A stretch of 64,000 nucleotides of DNA from Geosiphon pyriformis uo1 (lineage: Eukaryota; Fungi; Glomeromycota). Below, piece after piece: positions 13,753-28,200 of the stretch. The stretch lies in assembly GCA_016748015.1 (NCBI GenBank), contig JAAOMT010000664.1:318715-382714 (forward strand). The letters run 5' to 3'. Under the pieces are notes generated by a model. It ran no database searches and was not told where the DNA came from. It saw nothing but the letters and a program-made list of their open reading frames with translations. The position numbers were made by a program, and so were the translations under genes. Position 1 is the first letter of the stretch; each line of letters opens with the position of its first letter.

Positions 13753-15003
13753 CCTTAAAATTCGATTTTCCAAGTTTGCGGGATATTTTCCAAGTTTTGG
13801 AATTCAAAAATTTGGGATTTTTTGAAAATAACAAAAAATAAGCTTATAATTTAAATTAATAATATTTCTGATGCAAAAAAAATATTAAAATTGGTATTCA
13901 GCTGTTGTTATTAAATAATAAAATTAATATTTGTTTTAAAAATTTAATTCAAAACAATTAAAATAGAAAAAACTTGATTAAAAAATAGCCAGATTAACAA
14001 TTATTCAAAAAATATTTAATTTAAAAAGGTAATATAATAAATAATAATATTTAACTAATGAATTTAAATAAATTTTTATAATTTTTAAAAAAATAATTAT
14101 TATGTGAATTGTTGTTATTTATATACATCTATTATTATTATTAAAAAATTTAAATAGAATTTTTTTTAATTATCATAATTTTTAACATATAAAATTGATT
14201 AATATTTTTATAATTATGACATACATATTTTTTGTTTAAATAAGATTTTTAAATAAAAAATATTTTATCATTATTTAAATAAATTTTAAAAAAATTTATT
14301 TAAAATTATAATTTATTTATATAAAATAAATTTTTATTATTGATAAATTCTTTAAATAATATTTTTAATAAAAATTTTTATATATCAAGTTTTTTTTTCA
14401 TGTTAAATATATATATATTTTTTAAAGTTTAATTAATATTTTGACAGGTGTATAAATAAATTTTCATAGATTATAATTTATAATTTATAATTTTAATACC
14501 CGAAATTTAAACATATATAATTAAAAATTACAGATAATTGGAAATTTTAATGTTACATGGATTAAAATATTTAAAAAGCAAGTGAAAAATTAATGCATTA
14601 TCCAGGAAATACAAATTAATTGGTGATCATGAAAAATATACAGTAGAATAATTTGTGACCTGCATAAACGCAATAATCATGTAAAAAAAAAAATATTTTT
14701 TTTGCTACATGCACAAGTAAACCAATTTCTGATTACCACATGGAATTGATGTGATTTGTACAATTTCTGTTAGAATAGGAAATTTTTTAGTGACATATTG
14801 TTTCGATTGAGTGTGAAGTGACACATGACTACTAAAATTTATGTTGGTTGCTTTTGCTTGTTAACAAAAAAAATAAAACAAGGATTTAAACAAGTAGTCA
14901 ATCAATCATATTTTATTTATTTTTTTCTCATCTATTCAAAAATTCCAAAAAGACTTCTTTGATCAAAAAAACAAAAAAAAAACCGTTCACATTTAACATC
15001 CCC

Positions 15004-15042
<39 letters not shown>

Positions 15043-15043
15043 T
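15004..15043. repeat. (CTTT)n microsatellite
   Basis: Directly visible tandem CTTT units. Confidence 0.9.
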
Positions 15044-15189
15044 CCCTTCCCTCCCTCCTCCCTACTCCCCACCGAATTATCACATTCTTTAATCATTGGG
15101 CTTAAAATGTGTAAATACCCAGTCAGCAGATTTTTCAGTGTACCCATAACTTGTCTTTTCTCTCTGCGTGTGTTGTGAAATTCTGGATA

Positions 15190-15244
15190 TGTGTGTGTGT
15201 GTGTATGTGTGTGTGTGTGTGTGTGTATGGGTATAGTTGAGTGG

Positions 15245-15281
<37 letters not shown>

Positions 15282-15284
15282 TGT
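15190..15284. repeat. Compound (GT)n microsatellite upstream of the PH gene
   Basis: Two GT runs (15190-15226, 15247-15284). Confidence 0.95.
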
Positions 15285-15660
15285 CTAGTCTATGTTGTGT
15301 ATAGTGAAAATTTATGTATACGATCTATTTATTACACTTAAGACTCATTTTTTTTATTGTTGATAAATAGAAAAACCACGTTCCCTTCAGATTTGAATTC
15401 ACAAATAAATTCGACCCTTCCTTCTTCTTTCTTTCTTGTTATTCTTTTTTTCCTACTTTTCCTTTTACTTTTCTCCTCATCCTTTGGGTTACCTTTCTTT
15501 TATTTGTAGAAAAAAAATTCTTTTAGTCATAAATTTTACTTCCTTTAAAAACCCCTCCCTCCCCACTATCTGTCTTAACGCATATAGTGTGTGTGTATTG
15601 AAAAAAAAATTTTCCCTAAAAAAATTTTTCATTATCCCCTCTACATAATTTTTCTCAATC

Positions 15661-18600
15661 ATGACTACTACTGAAACCACTTCCGAGACAAAAGTTCTTC
15701 AGGACGAGACAACTGGCACCACAACTGAACCAGAAATACCAGAAAAAAAAGTCAATGTCCAAGAAACTATCACTTCTTCAACTCCTGTTGCTGACACCTC
15801 TGAAGAAGTTATAGCAACAACTAGTAAAAACTTGGAAGAACAACCAGTAACAACAGAGAAAAAAGAAAAAGAGAATGAAAAAGAGGAGGAAGATAAGGAG
15901 GAAGATAAAGAGGAAGAAGAGGTTTCAGAAATTACTCAAGGTTACCTTCACAAAAGAGGAAAACAAAAGTTACAATTTGCCCGCATTTGGAATTATCGTT
16001 ATTTCATTTTCGGTGACCAAAAACCTATTGAATTGGAAAACCTTGACCTATATCACGAAAAAAATGTAAAGCCTTATGTTGTCCCAAAAACTACTACTGT
16101 TCCTGGTAAAGTCGTAGCAACTTCTCAACCTTCCGAAACTCCTCAATCTACTGAAGAGGAAAACGAAGACATTTATGAAAAACAGCATAAATCTATATTT
16201 TCTAATATCGCTCACGCAACTCAAACTGGTAGAGGCCTCTTATTTTACTACAAGTCAAATAAGGAGCAACATCTTCGTCAACCTCACGGTATTATCAACC
16301 TTGGTGAAGTAATATCTGTCTCACATGACCCTTCCCTTAAACCTCTCGCTTTCACCATCACAACTTCAACTCAGGAGCATAGTTTCTATGCTGAAAATGA
16401 AAAAGAACTCAAGCAATGGATAAAAACAATTGAGAATCGAGCGACAGAGACAAAACATTCACTACCTGATTTGCATAACACTGAAGGTTACAAGGAAGTT
16501 TATGAAAACTTGGGTATGTGTAAACAAAAATTTTCTTGCTTAATGACGATCAATTTGATCATTCTCATCCAAATCTTTAATCATAAGATTTGATTTGATT
16601 TCATTTCATTTTTGTGCGAGTAATGAGAACTTTGATCATAATGTGGTTGTCTTTTTCCAAAAGTATACTAAAAGTGAAACCCTTTCAAACTTAATTCATC
16701 TTTTCCCGTTCAAAAAATTATACCACAGTCAATCGTAAGGTCTTTACATCTAGTAGGGCAGTTGTCGAAAATATAAACTCCGATACTGAACTCGTATCTT
16801 CCGGTGACGAATTAGAAACTAAAGGTGCAAAAACACCCGTTGAGGGTAAGCGAAGGTCCGCATTTCCCCTCTTTAATTTATGGCCTGGTAAAAAGGGGAT
16901 TGACGAAGTAGCTTCGCCCGTCGTCGAAGGGTCAGACTCGCCCCAAGAACCTTCTGAAATCACCCCTGAACCTATCGTACCTGTTGGAGAGGCAAAGACT
17001 GAAGAACCTAATAAATCTGAAACATCTGAAACTCCTAAAAAAACCAAAGGTTTTAATATCCCAAATCCTTTTGGTGGGCTCCGAGCAAAAGTCACCGAGC
17101 CCAAAAAGGAAGGAAAAGAGGAGGATAAGAAAGAAATTACCCCGGTCGAAGAACCTGTAAATGCCGAAACTAGTGCTAATCCTACGGAAACAACAGAAGT
17201 CAAGAAAGAAGATTCAAGTGTAGATGAAAGAAAAGAAATCTCCTTTATTGGAAGAATCTTACAAAAGAAACCCGTATGTAATCCTCTTCTTTTTAACACA
17301 TCTCTAATGAAGTATTCATGATCCTATTCTGAAGCACCTCTGCTAATCATTTAACAACCATAACCATAACCATTTACAATTCTTAGTCTCCCTCTGGTAA
17401 TTCTGTCACCAAAGAGGAAACCATAGAAAATTCCGAAATTACAAATACCGAAACCATTACAGAACGTATGTGGATAAACTTTTTCTTAAAATTTTAGCTT
17501 ATTGATCAATCTTATAATTAAATTTTTTTTTAGCTGTCAAAACTGAAACTACTACTACTAATACTACCACCACCACCACCACTGAAATCGTTGGTGAAAC
17601 GACGGAGGCTGAAACTGTAGGAGAATCCGCAACATTAGAAAAGAATGAAAAGAAACCTTTTCAGGCTTTTGGTAGATTCTTTGGCGTTAAAAAGTCAGAT
17701 GATCACAGTCACAAAAAAGAAGAGTCTAATCTCACGGTCACACAAGAGGTAGAAACGACAAAAGACGAAACAGATGCCAAAAAAGATGACGATGGTTCAT
17801 GTGGTGAGGACAAGAAAAACAAAATTACCGCCCCTGCGACTTCATCTGAAAGACCCCTCGGACGCCGATTAACTCAACTATTATCTGGAGGTAAATCAAA
17901 AGCAAAGTCAACCGCCGAGGATAAAAAAGTGGAGATCAAAGCGGAAGAAGAGATTAAACAAACAGTAGAAGAAAATATTGTAGAACCAATAAATACTGCC
18001 GCTGGAGCAGTCATCATAACCACCACAGATGCAAGTGAACCGCTTCTTGACAAGGCAACCGAAAAGAATGAAGAGTCTGCAGCCCCACGAGCCGACAGTT
18101 CTGCTGAATCGGTAGAAGATAAAAAAGATCCGAAACGAGGGCCATCACTCCTCAAGAGGTTTGAATTATCTTTTCCAAGGTGCTCCTTGCCATTAAAATA
18201 AATAAAAAAACAATAATTCATCATCATTACAGTTTGAACCTAACTCTTATCCTCTTCTTCAATCACTACTTTTCATAGGTTTAGCGCGACTTTCCTAGGT
18301 CGTTCAAATTTACATACAACATCTGTCGGTGAAGTTCATCATGGCAAGGAAGAGACATCACATTCAACCGAAACCCGAGAAGTTGTTCCCACAGTGAACG
18401 AGGCTGACGCAGAAGAAACAAGTACCCCAGCAAAGACCGAAGAAACGGAAACTGAAAAATTAATTAAGAAGAAAGTGCAAGATAGTATCAAGCACGGTAA
18501 CTTACAAAAGCAATCGCAATTCCTCAAAACTCTGCAAACACGCTTCTTTGTCTTTTCAAAAGACGGTACTCTCACTTATTACACATCGGAAAAGACGGGG

Positions 18601-19047
18601 ACTGGTAAAGATATCAAAATCACCCGTGATGTCGAGATCAATAAATCAGAAGATAGCTCAAAACAAATCTTTTTTGAGCTCGTGACCAAGACCCGAGCTT
18701 ATCAACTATTCAACAACTCTGTAGAGGATCGTGATGACTGGTTTAAGGTTTTGAAAGAATTCAAAGAGAGTCTGCCTGAACATGAAGCAGCCGAAGAAAC
18801 CCCTTCCCAAAAGGAAAAACCATCAACTTCTCACCAAAAAGAAGAATCTTCAGCTTCCACTTCCCAAAACAAAGAAACGACAGAAACGAAGCTCGAGGTT
18901 AGAAATAGCAATGAGACCGGTTTGATAGAAGAAGTCGAGAAAGCGTTTGAAGCTGTTTCTGAAGCCAAGTCCGAAACTACAACGGGTCAAGGTACTGAAT
19001 CTACCGAAGCCACGTCACAATCAAAATCATCTGAAATCACTACATAA
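15661..19047 (+). CDS. Acidic low-complexity protein with two PH domains (Meu6-like); exons 15661-16513, 16729-17273, 17387-17465, 17534-18158, 18279-19047
   Basis: N-terminal split PH (QGYLHKRG...WNYRYFIF...LLFYYKS...PHGIINL...FYAENEKELKQWIKTI) and C-terminal PH (KHGNLQKQSQFLKTLQTRFFVFSKDGTLTYY...RAYQLFNNSVEDRDDWFKVL). GT-AG introns keep frame. Confidence 0.85.
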
Positions 19048-19724
19048 TTTCTCCATGATTATCTTATCTTTTGTGCCTCACACTTGATTCCAAAATTTGT
19101 AATATTTTTATTTAATCAATAATTTTTCTATTGTTTACCACTTTGTAATAATTCATCGAGCCCTTCTTTCTTTCTTTCCTACCTTCCTTCATCCCATTTT
19201 AATTTGTACTTTATTAACCCTCTCAGACATTCTAGCAAAAAACATCATGTGGATTTATCTTTATATTAAGCGAAGAAATTAATTAAGTTAGTTGAGGTTA
19301 TAAATGAAAATTAGCAGGCTTTTATCGAAATCTAGCTGGAGGTGCATTTGCTTTCTAATATTGAGAGATCTTGAGGGAACCACACAGATATTTTTGATCA
19401 TGATCTGGTTTTGGTAATGGCATGCGATGAAAATTTCGGTTTGATTAATCAGATCTCGATTCTGCGTGGTTTTTAATGGAGTTTTTCCCCGTAAACTTCT
19501 CTAGTTAGTTGCACATAACATACACATATAAAATTATCATATACATTCCACATAATTCATTTATTTATTTCATAATACCAATTACTATTTTGATCATTTT
19601 CGTTAGGGGGAGGCATTGTTAGTAGATATTTTTTTTTCGCTATTCACAAATTATCATTAGTTCTAATAAATATGACCAAGAATTTGGTAAACAGTTACAA
19701 AAAATACTTTAGTCCTATTATTCG

Positions 19725-19767
<43 letters not shown>
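19725..19767. repeat. (AAT)n microsatellite
   Basis: About 14 tandem AAT units. Confidence 0.9.
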
Positions 19768-19769
<2 letters not shown>

Positions 19770-19959
19770 TGGGACCAATGAACCACATTAATCATTTCAT
19801 CAATCAGCCAACGTTAAAACAAATTATGAAAGTGAGGTATATAAATACTCGTTTCCTGGATTTTATCACGTCCTCGATCTTGAACCATAAGGGGAAGTTT
19901 AAAGCCTTCTTTTACTTACAAAATCATTTAATTCTCTCGGAAATATCTTGCTTTTAAAA

Positions 19960-21476
19960 ATGCGTATAACTCATTCAGGAGAACAATGTCAAAAAAATCC
20001 TGATTCATCATTTTTTCATCAGGGCATAAAACCAACAAAGGGTACAGTTAAAAATCCTATTTATAATAGAAAAATTTAGACAAAAAAATTTCTATCCATT
20101 TTTTGATAAAATCTGATTCAAAAAACATTTTGTTCCACTCACTTGACGGTGAGAGAGCTCAGAGTTTACGGCGGATCAGAAAAGAGATGCTAAGTTATCA
20201 TGGCAGGATCGAATTCAAACAATGGAAATGAAATCGGAAAGACATCAATGTGAGATTAAAAGGTTATCATCATTATTACATAATAAAATTTGCTTTGGAT
20301 CAAAGTTCTGAAATCCCAAACATACTGGAATGACAAATTTTATTTCAAATTTCTTTTAATAGGTTAAGGAATGCCATCAATGCACGAAAATTGGCGCTTG
20401 CACAAAAAGCTGATACAAGAAAACAAAAGAAATTACTTTTAAAAAGTTATATGTTAGTTTTTCTATGATAGTCATCTATCACTGTTACCGATTTTCCTTT
20501 AAACATATCACGAGGTTTGTGGCCATTTTAATTCCTTTAGAAATATCTATGAAACAACTACGGTCAGCGGTGCCCAACTGCTCAATGCACTTAACATTAT
20601 ACATGATACTTTGATGGATTCATCAGGGAATTGTTCGAGAATGAATCAGGCCGAATCTGAAGGTATTTACTTGTTATACCGTTAGATCTAAAAAGCAAAA
20701 TGCTCTATCTTGCTAAAAAAAACTTTTAAAGTAAACAAAGCGATTGAGCTCGTAACCCTAATCGATGATCAGTTTGAATTGAAAAGGCAGAAGAATCATC
20801 ATGGGTTTCTCAATGGGAAAAATGAGGAATCAAATGAACCACATGGTCATTAAATGCTCAAAAATTTCTTATTGATCACTAGGTTTTTTTTGATTTAGTT
20901 GTAATATATATATACTAATTTTTGTGCACTTCTTAGCCAGTATTCATGATGAAATGATGTTTTACACCGATAAATGTACCATGGATATTGATGAAAGGTA
21001 GTTGAAGTTATAATCTTAAGATTTTCGTGAATTTGACGATGAAAAAGATTTTTCGAAAAAAGGAAAACTTGAAAATTTTTTATTTTTTTTTAGCACACCA
21101 CTCATGATCGATAGGGACAAAATCGATGCTGGAAAAAATACAAATCTTCAGGACCTCATAGCTCGATACATTGAGACAGAAATTGCCATCGAACAATTCT
21201 ATATGAAACTTGACCAGGCTGAAGGGTAATAATAACCATCAAATTTTTTGACTGCTAAATTGACTTAGCATTAAAGAAAGATTCTAAATTGGGGGGGTTT
21301 TTTTTTGGAATCAAAGTTATCTCGATGAAATGATTTTGACAACGGCTCTCCCATCCACAAAATCAAAATTGCCATTAAGAACACATCGTGCATCTGTACT
21401 TCCATCGCTCTCGCCTATTCCAGAAGAAGATGAGGGTTTGATAATGGATTGGGTGGATTCAAAAGAATTTAATTAG
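19960..21476 (+). CDS. Hypothetical multi-exon protein (~300 aa, partly coiled-coil); may start at 19778 with an extra exon
   Basis: Eight short exons joined by GT-AG introns give one open frame: MRITHSGEQCQKNPDSSFFHQGIKPTK/EFTADQKRDAKLSWQDRIQTMEMKSERHQCEIKR/LRNAINARKLALAQKADTRKQKKLLLKSY/INIYETTT.../.../QDLIARYIETEIAIEQFYMKLDQAEG/YLDEMIL...LPSLSPIPEEDEGLIMDWVDSKEFN*. CpG is retained as in the other genes. Confidence 0.7.
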
Positions 21477-22977
21477 CAAATTATCATCGGAAGCTCGAAA
21501 ATAATTTCTTTAATCAACCTTTTGCTGGTCGTCAATCTTTCTCGATGAGGTTCATGGTAAGTTAACATCCTTTTCTAGGCTTTGTTGAGATTTTCTTATC
21601 TATCTTTATTAATCTAAATTGCATTTTATATATTACCTTTTCTTACTCTAAAAAATATATTATAATTTATAATGTCAATCCGAAAATCATTCTGCTTGTT
21701 AATTCAAAGTTCACTTCATTATGACCGTTTATTACTTTATAATCAATTAATGAACGTACAATTCACATTACATGAAGAGCTAGTTTATGTGGCGCGACCC
21801 CCACTAAAGCCAGACCAATTTAATTAATTTAGTCAGTTTAAAACCTTTAATTCACAATCACCAAAAAAAAATTTCTGTGCAGAAATATTTTCAACTGGAC
21901 ACGATCATGTGATCTTTTTTTTTTTTGAAATTTTTATCGGGAAATTTCTTAATCTTTTGATGATTTACTCCATTCAAAAACTCAGTCGCAAAAAATTTAT
22001 TGTTTCAAAAAAGCATTCAATTCAACCGTTCAATCGGGATTAGAGTTTTTGGCCATGATATATGTTTTAGGTCATCATTTGTAGGGTGAGATTTTGAGCA
22101 AGACTAGTAATTGTTGATGACATACGGAAATTTGTGACTAGAAGCTAATAATCCTGAGGATCTTGTTCATTGCCTATATTGCCTATATAAGCCAGAGTTA
22201 AAAATAGAGAAAAAATTTTTTCTTCAATGATTTCTTCCCATTCAAGAATTGTATGATGAATTGGCTTTATGATGAAATGTAGTAGTTCTACTGTTGTGGA
22301 ATTGCGAAGTGATAAGGTGTGCTTGGCCACAACCTTGTTACATTCTCAAAGCACACATGAGCCTATCTGACCAAAACGACCCGCCAACTTTGTTTGTTGG
22401 GGATCAATACTCTTGAAAATTAGAAATTTTACTTTTTTGAAGAGCTCCATTCTATTTCTATTTTGCCACCTTTTGGTTTTAGTTAATCACTTTAAAAAGG
22501 AATTTAAACTTATTATGTGGGCTAAAAAAAATTCTTTTTAAAAAATTATTCCTTTATGGATAAACAATTTCAAATACAAAGTTATAGTTGAGAAGCCGCT
22601 CTTTTATTCGACTCGGTAAGAAAGCTTTACCTTCTATTTTCTTTAAAGCTTCTTTGTTTTCTTTGAAAAGGTCAAAGTTTTAAGTATATTTATTCCACAC
22701 TCGGATGTCTAAATTATGAGATTCGAATACCAACACACCTCTAAACTTGTCTGTAATCGGATTTTCCAGGAGAATGTCTATCATTCTGACACTTTTCATC
22801 ACAGGAAAACTACAGATTCAAATCTTTTGAGAATACAAATGATGATGATAATGTAAAAGCGATACGTTCGAGAAACAGTGACTAAGGTATTCTTTGAATA
22901 GCGAGTAAAAGAGGTTTGTTAAAATGAAAGCTTTTCGATTTCATTCCAAAACATGATCATAGAAAAAACGTACTTAG

Positions 22978-24564
22978 TTATATCGAAGATTCTGGAGAAT
23001 ACTGAGAGTTTGGGGATGGATAATTTTCTAGTTTCGTTACAGTGAATTCCCACAGAATTTTTGCTAGATCATCGCCGAGTGTATAAAGATCAAGATGAAA
23101 CTCACCTGAAATTTAAAAAAGATGAAGCCCTTAAAAACCGATTTTTTTTTAAAGTATTTATAATCGCACAAAATCATTTACCCTCGTTATCCTCATTGAT
23201 ATACATGTTTGGCGTTCGATGGTTGTTTACAATGTTAATCGCCTCCAAGATATCATCTCCTTGCAATTCATATAAATTATTAGCCAAATTCTGATAATTT
23301 ACCTACAAATATTCAAGAAAAAAAAATTAGAACCACCATGTGTCAGGGAATATATAGTCGTTTAATTTGATTATCATACCTTATAATCATTTTCTTTGTT
23401 ATTATTGTTGTGATTATGATTATTATTATTATTACTATTATTATTATTACTACTATTACTATTATTATTATTATTTGAGGATGATAAGGAGCGCGAGGAT
23501 TCAGGTGAGGTCGATTTTGTGGTGGATGGTTTAGGAGGAGTATGTCTTGGTGGCGGTGCTTCAGGCCACGATCTTGGTGAGGATACGGATGATTGTAAGG
23601 GAGTGGAATGTGATAATGATTCATCAGGTGTACTATCTGAATCATCTGAAGGTGAATATGTAAATGTATCTTGAACTTTCGGAATAATATTTTCTTCGTG
23701 ACTCAAATTATCTTCTGGTCGTGCTACTTCTAATTTGTTACGTTTTTTTGGCCCACCGACCGAGCTTTTGGGCCTTTTTGCCCGGGAGTTTTGTGATTTA
23801 GGAAAATCTGTATTAACATCTGGAGTCAACAATCTCTTGAATGGGAGTTTGGGATCCGTAAAAGTCTGTCATATGAAGATCTTTGTAGTCAGCATAAACA
23901 AATTTGGAAAGCATTAACCTCCGAATTTTTGGAATATAATATATTTATATACCAATATATGGGGAACTTCATAATGATTTTTGGTAAAATTAAGGTCGTG
24001 TTCCAGGGTTTTGGTTGGTATAGTTTTATCGATAAAATGCAAAACTATTCGCATATCAAACTCTCCCCATCCCTGTTCTGTCAGTGTGAATGGTGGCTTT
24101 TTCACGACTAAATTTTAAATTAAAACATTAAGTTTTTATTCCCAAAAATTTTTACAACTTTTTTCTCCACTAAGCAAGGTGAAAAAATTTAACTTTTGAG
24201 TGAAAACGCACCACGTATGGGTTTTTCAAAAGTTGGATGCAAGTGATACTCTACTTTTTCAACAAATCTCATCGGAGACTTTTCTCCTATGTCGTTAACG
24301 GCAAAAAGCGCCACCTTCCACTTTCTTATAGGATAGCCTGCTTCCATTTTGAGATTTTTTAAAATTTCCTAAAGAGTAGAATGGTGATAATTTAAAATTT
24401 ATTTATTTCTCAAACAATTAAGGCCTAACAAGTTCCAACCTGGTCAGTGACCACTTTAATCTCCTTTTCAAAGTATTCCTGTTATTCAAAATTTTAAGAT
24501 AAGCAAACGAAGCCTAATTGTAAAGGACTGCCGCCACTTTGAAAACTCGAACCTTTTCAGCCAT
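22978..24564 (-). CDS. TAF14: TAF14-like YEATS + C-terminal ET domain protein (multi-exon, poly-Asn linker)
   Basis: YPIRKWKVAL...VEYHLHPTFEKPIR/VVKKPPFTLTEQGWGEFDMRIVLHF (YEATS); VNYQNLANKLYELQGDDILEAINIV...GEFHLDLYTLGDDLAKILWEF (ET). First exon is a MAEK mini-exon. Confidence 0.92.
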
Positions 24565-25249
24565 GATTAACCACCCAAGTAAAGACTTTTAGCAAAAACT
24601 AACTATGATAGAGCTTAAAAGTAAATATGTGAAACGAAGACTTGCGATGTTTGCCGTGAAATTGATAATATACGTCACACTAGCAAGATTGAACTATTGG
24701 GTCGGGAAATAGGATCTAATAACGATTCTTAGCACGAGATTTTCCAAAATATTATGGAAAATTTGATGTCTCAATCCTGCGCGGCTTTATGCCGATTTAT
24801 GCTAAATTTGTAAATGATTTCCAGCCAATATTCGGATTACAAAATTTGACATCAAGTTTTTTGAAACTGTGAAATATTCCTCCTTCCTAGTCCCTTTCCC
24901 TACAAAAGTTTCATATTTAAGAGGAAAGAATCAATCTGATCAAAGGTGGCTTCATTTGTGTATTGGGAAATCAAAAAAATCCGAAGATTTTTAAAAAAAG
25001 AAAAACGCCCATTCAGAAGGTAAAATCCAATACTAAAAACAGATAACATGAAAACTGCTGAAATTAAACTTTGAAATCTTGATAATAGATAATAGATAAT
25101 TTTGTTAGATCATAATTTATAATCGCATAATCACTTTAAAATTCGCGTTTTGGAATAGTTGGTAGTGAAATAATTAAATATGCAAATATCACAATAACAC
25201 CATATTTGAATTAAGAAAGGTTGCCATTTATCCAAGATTCTTGCGCTAA

Positions 25250-28200
25250 TTATCGGCGATTATTACGGTCAAAATTGGGAACCCGATTGTGATGGGTAAT
25301 TTGACCTGGGTGAGGAAGATGAGAGCCGAAAGGTCCCTGCAGATAGAAACAAAGACATTAGAATAATTAAAAGAATCAATGTTATGAAATATTGAAAAGG
25401 AATCAAAATTCGAACCTGCCAAGTCCTCGGGGGCATTGTAAGATGTCCCTATAAGAGAAATATGTATTATGTTCATATGAGTATTATTCTATAGTAATCA
25501 AGTTACAGCTAGTGAGGATCTTACCTGGAATGGGGGGAATGGTGGATATTGCCCATGAGGAGTTCCAAATCCTCCCGTTTGCGGCATCATACGGGAATAT
25601 TCACGTGGATGTAATTCTCGAACCTTTGAAAATAATAAAAATAATCCCAAAAGTGTTACCCGTTTGGAAAATCGAAGGGAAAACAAATTTTGCAGCTAGC
25701 CTTTTCAAGATTGAATCCAAGTACTAATCTGATGATTATTTCAGATTTAATATTTACCAGGCGAGATCTTTCAATTTCCATTGGCAAAAGTTGAGCACGT
25801 CCACGTAGAGCCCTATTTGTTAAAATCATTTTCAATCTAATTATTTTACTTGAGAAAGTCACGATAAATATGTTCGAACCTTTCCGAGCGTACTCCTCTG
25901 GTCAAAGTTTCATAGGGCTTATATCTTTCCGAAATCCCTGGTAATAGTAAAAAAGAATTCACGAATTAATCAGTGAATTGGTTGTAATTTAAATATTGTA
26001 CGTAAGTCGAAGCGAAACACTGCATTCATACCCGACGAGTCGAAACGTCTCGATTTTCCCCTATTGTCGAATTTATTTTTAGCATCGACACCAATGTCAG
26101 GCACAACACTGACACCTTCTGGGAGTTCATTAAATAAATCGCATAGTTTAGCTCCTATGCTTACAGGCAATTCCTAATAAAAAGAGTAATGTTGTTTAAA
26201 ACTTTATTTAGCTAAAAAATATTGAACAAATATTCTTCTTACCTGTCCGTCACGACTAATTTTCACCGGTTTACTGTCATTCCAAGGGTTGCGGATATGA
26301 ACGGTTTTTTCAAACGGAAGATTTCCTCTAACGAAAGAGGAATGAATTAGTAACCTAAAAAGATTGTTTGCTTTCGAATGTTTTCTTATAGTTATAGACC
26401 TACATCTTGAGCCAACGAACTTGAAAATTTCCCCCGAGAGATGATTCGTTAACTCTGGTCCAAGAAGTATGCTTCACTGTACCAACGTCTGATGTCATCA
26501 TACAATAACCTTCAGATTTTAAGCCGCGAGTTGGGTAAAGTAAGATGAGCAATTCATGATTGCAGTGTTCAATTGATAAAAATTAAGTGTTCACTTTACC
26601 CTGGAAATGACGGCTTTCATTGACTGAAAAAATTAATATGATTCGTTCTGAGGTCTTAAAGAAAATAACGTTAGCAAACCAAAAAAGAGATAAAACTAAT
26701 TCTCAAACATGAATATTTTGGAAAACATTAATATATACTTTGAAAGCTTCACTAAGGATACTCGCGTTCATTGGTTGAGTGGCCCAAACACCCTAATGAA
26801 ATGAAACAAATGAATTTTAGATATAACTTGCATTATTCTCTTTTCTTCGAGATTTACCTACTCGGTGTAAAATACTTACGTCAGTTTGGGATTTTTGAAC
26901 GTTTTGATAATTATGGCTCTTTATAATAAAATATCGAGACTCTGATTTTCCGTTTGCCTTTATAGTATTTGCTGTGTACAAAAATTAAGCATAATTCGTG
27001 TACTGATTAAATTTTCATAAGAATCTAAAATCATTCCAATACATACACTGATCCGTTTCTATTTTTCCATTCAAAGAATCATTTGGACGAGTTTCATTTG
27101 GCTCTGATACGTTAAATTAAATTAAAGAAATAATTTTTGTAAGGTTAATTTTGTAAATTGAATGTAGTAGACAACTTTTTGTTCTTTTACCTCGACAATT
27201 AGTATCTTGTTTAATTGAGCGATGAGTTCCAATATTAGAAAGTAGATTGGAATCGGTCTCATTTTTACGAGAAGGCTCATCACGTTTGAAGACTTCTTTG
27301 GGGAATTCTTCAGATTGCGAATCTAAAGTCTCACTACGTCTATCTTGGGGAGGGTAGGTGCGATTTGTTGAAGCTTCTTTGTAATTGGGGTCAGCTGAGC
27401 GTGGAATTCTATTTTTCACAGCTTTTTCCTCAGGGCCTCGTTGAGGCTGACTAGACTCCTCCTTGCTTTCATGAGCAATACGATCTTGATCGGGATGAGT
27501 TCTGCGGGAATTATCACTGGAGGCATTCTCGGTGGACTTGGAGCTCTTTTGCCGCATATCCTTTGGTTGTGAAAAAAGTCAGGTATTGTTGGGAACAATG
27601 TTGTTGGAAGAAAAAGCTGGTAATTTTGAAACTTAGTCCGACTGTCGAATGAATTTGGATGGACAGCCTCCAAAAATGTCCACCAGTCTTAAGAAAAATA
27701 CATTTCAAATCGGAAAAAAAAGATGCATGTTCCTCATCCATTCAAATGTCTTACGGAAAGGATCTCAAACACAAGCGAGATACCCACATTGTCCGTGACA
27801 ATAAGAAAAAGGAAAGGAAAAAAGACAAATAAAAACAACTAAAATTGCAAGAAAGAATTGTCCATAACAGAATTTCCAACCAGAAAGATAGTCCACCATA
27901 TGGGAAATCTTTAAAGCAAAATTGGTATGCGATCAAGCCGAGGCAAGTAAAGGTAAAAGTGGCGCTATGCCTACCTGTAGGATTGGGCCACTATTTTTAG
28001 CTTTGAAGCTTTTTAAATAGTCAGTTTTGCTCTGTGTTTTAGCCTCAGCATCTTCCTTTAGTGAATTTCGATGAGACTCTTTTGAAAAGACGGCTGGATG
28101 CATATCTTTTTGCAATGCGTTATGATGCATATAAGGCCCAGTAATAATGGGCCACCCTTTTCTTGGGAAGCGATCTCTATGACCATTTTCGATTTCCCTT

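Noticed and set aside
16718-18575. Minus-strand ORFs of 193, 117 and 78 aa
   Set aside because: Antisense shadows of Glu/Lys/Thr-rich exons of the PH-domain gene.
22145-22330. 61-aa minus-strand ORF between the orphan gene and TAF14
   Set aside because: Starts at GTG, has no recognisable motif, and I could not build an exon chain.
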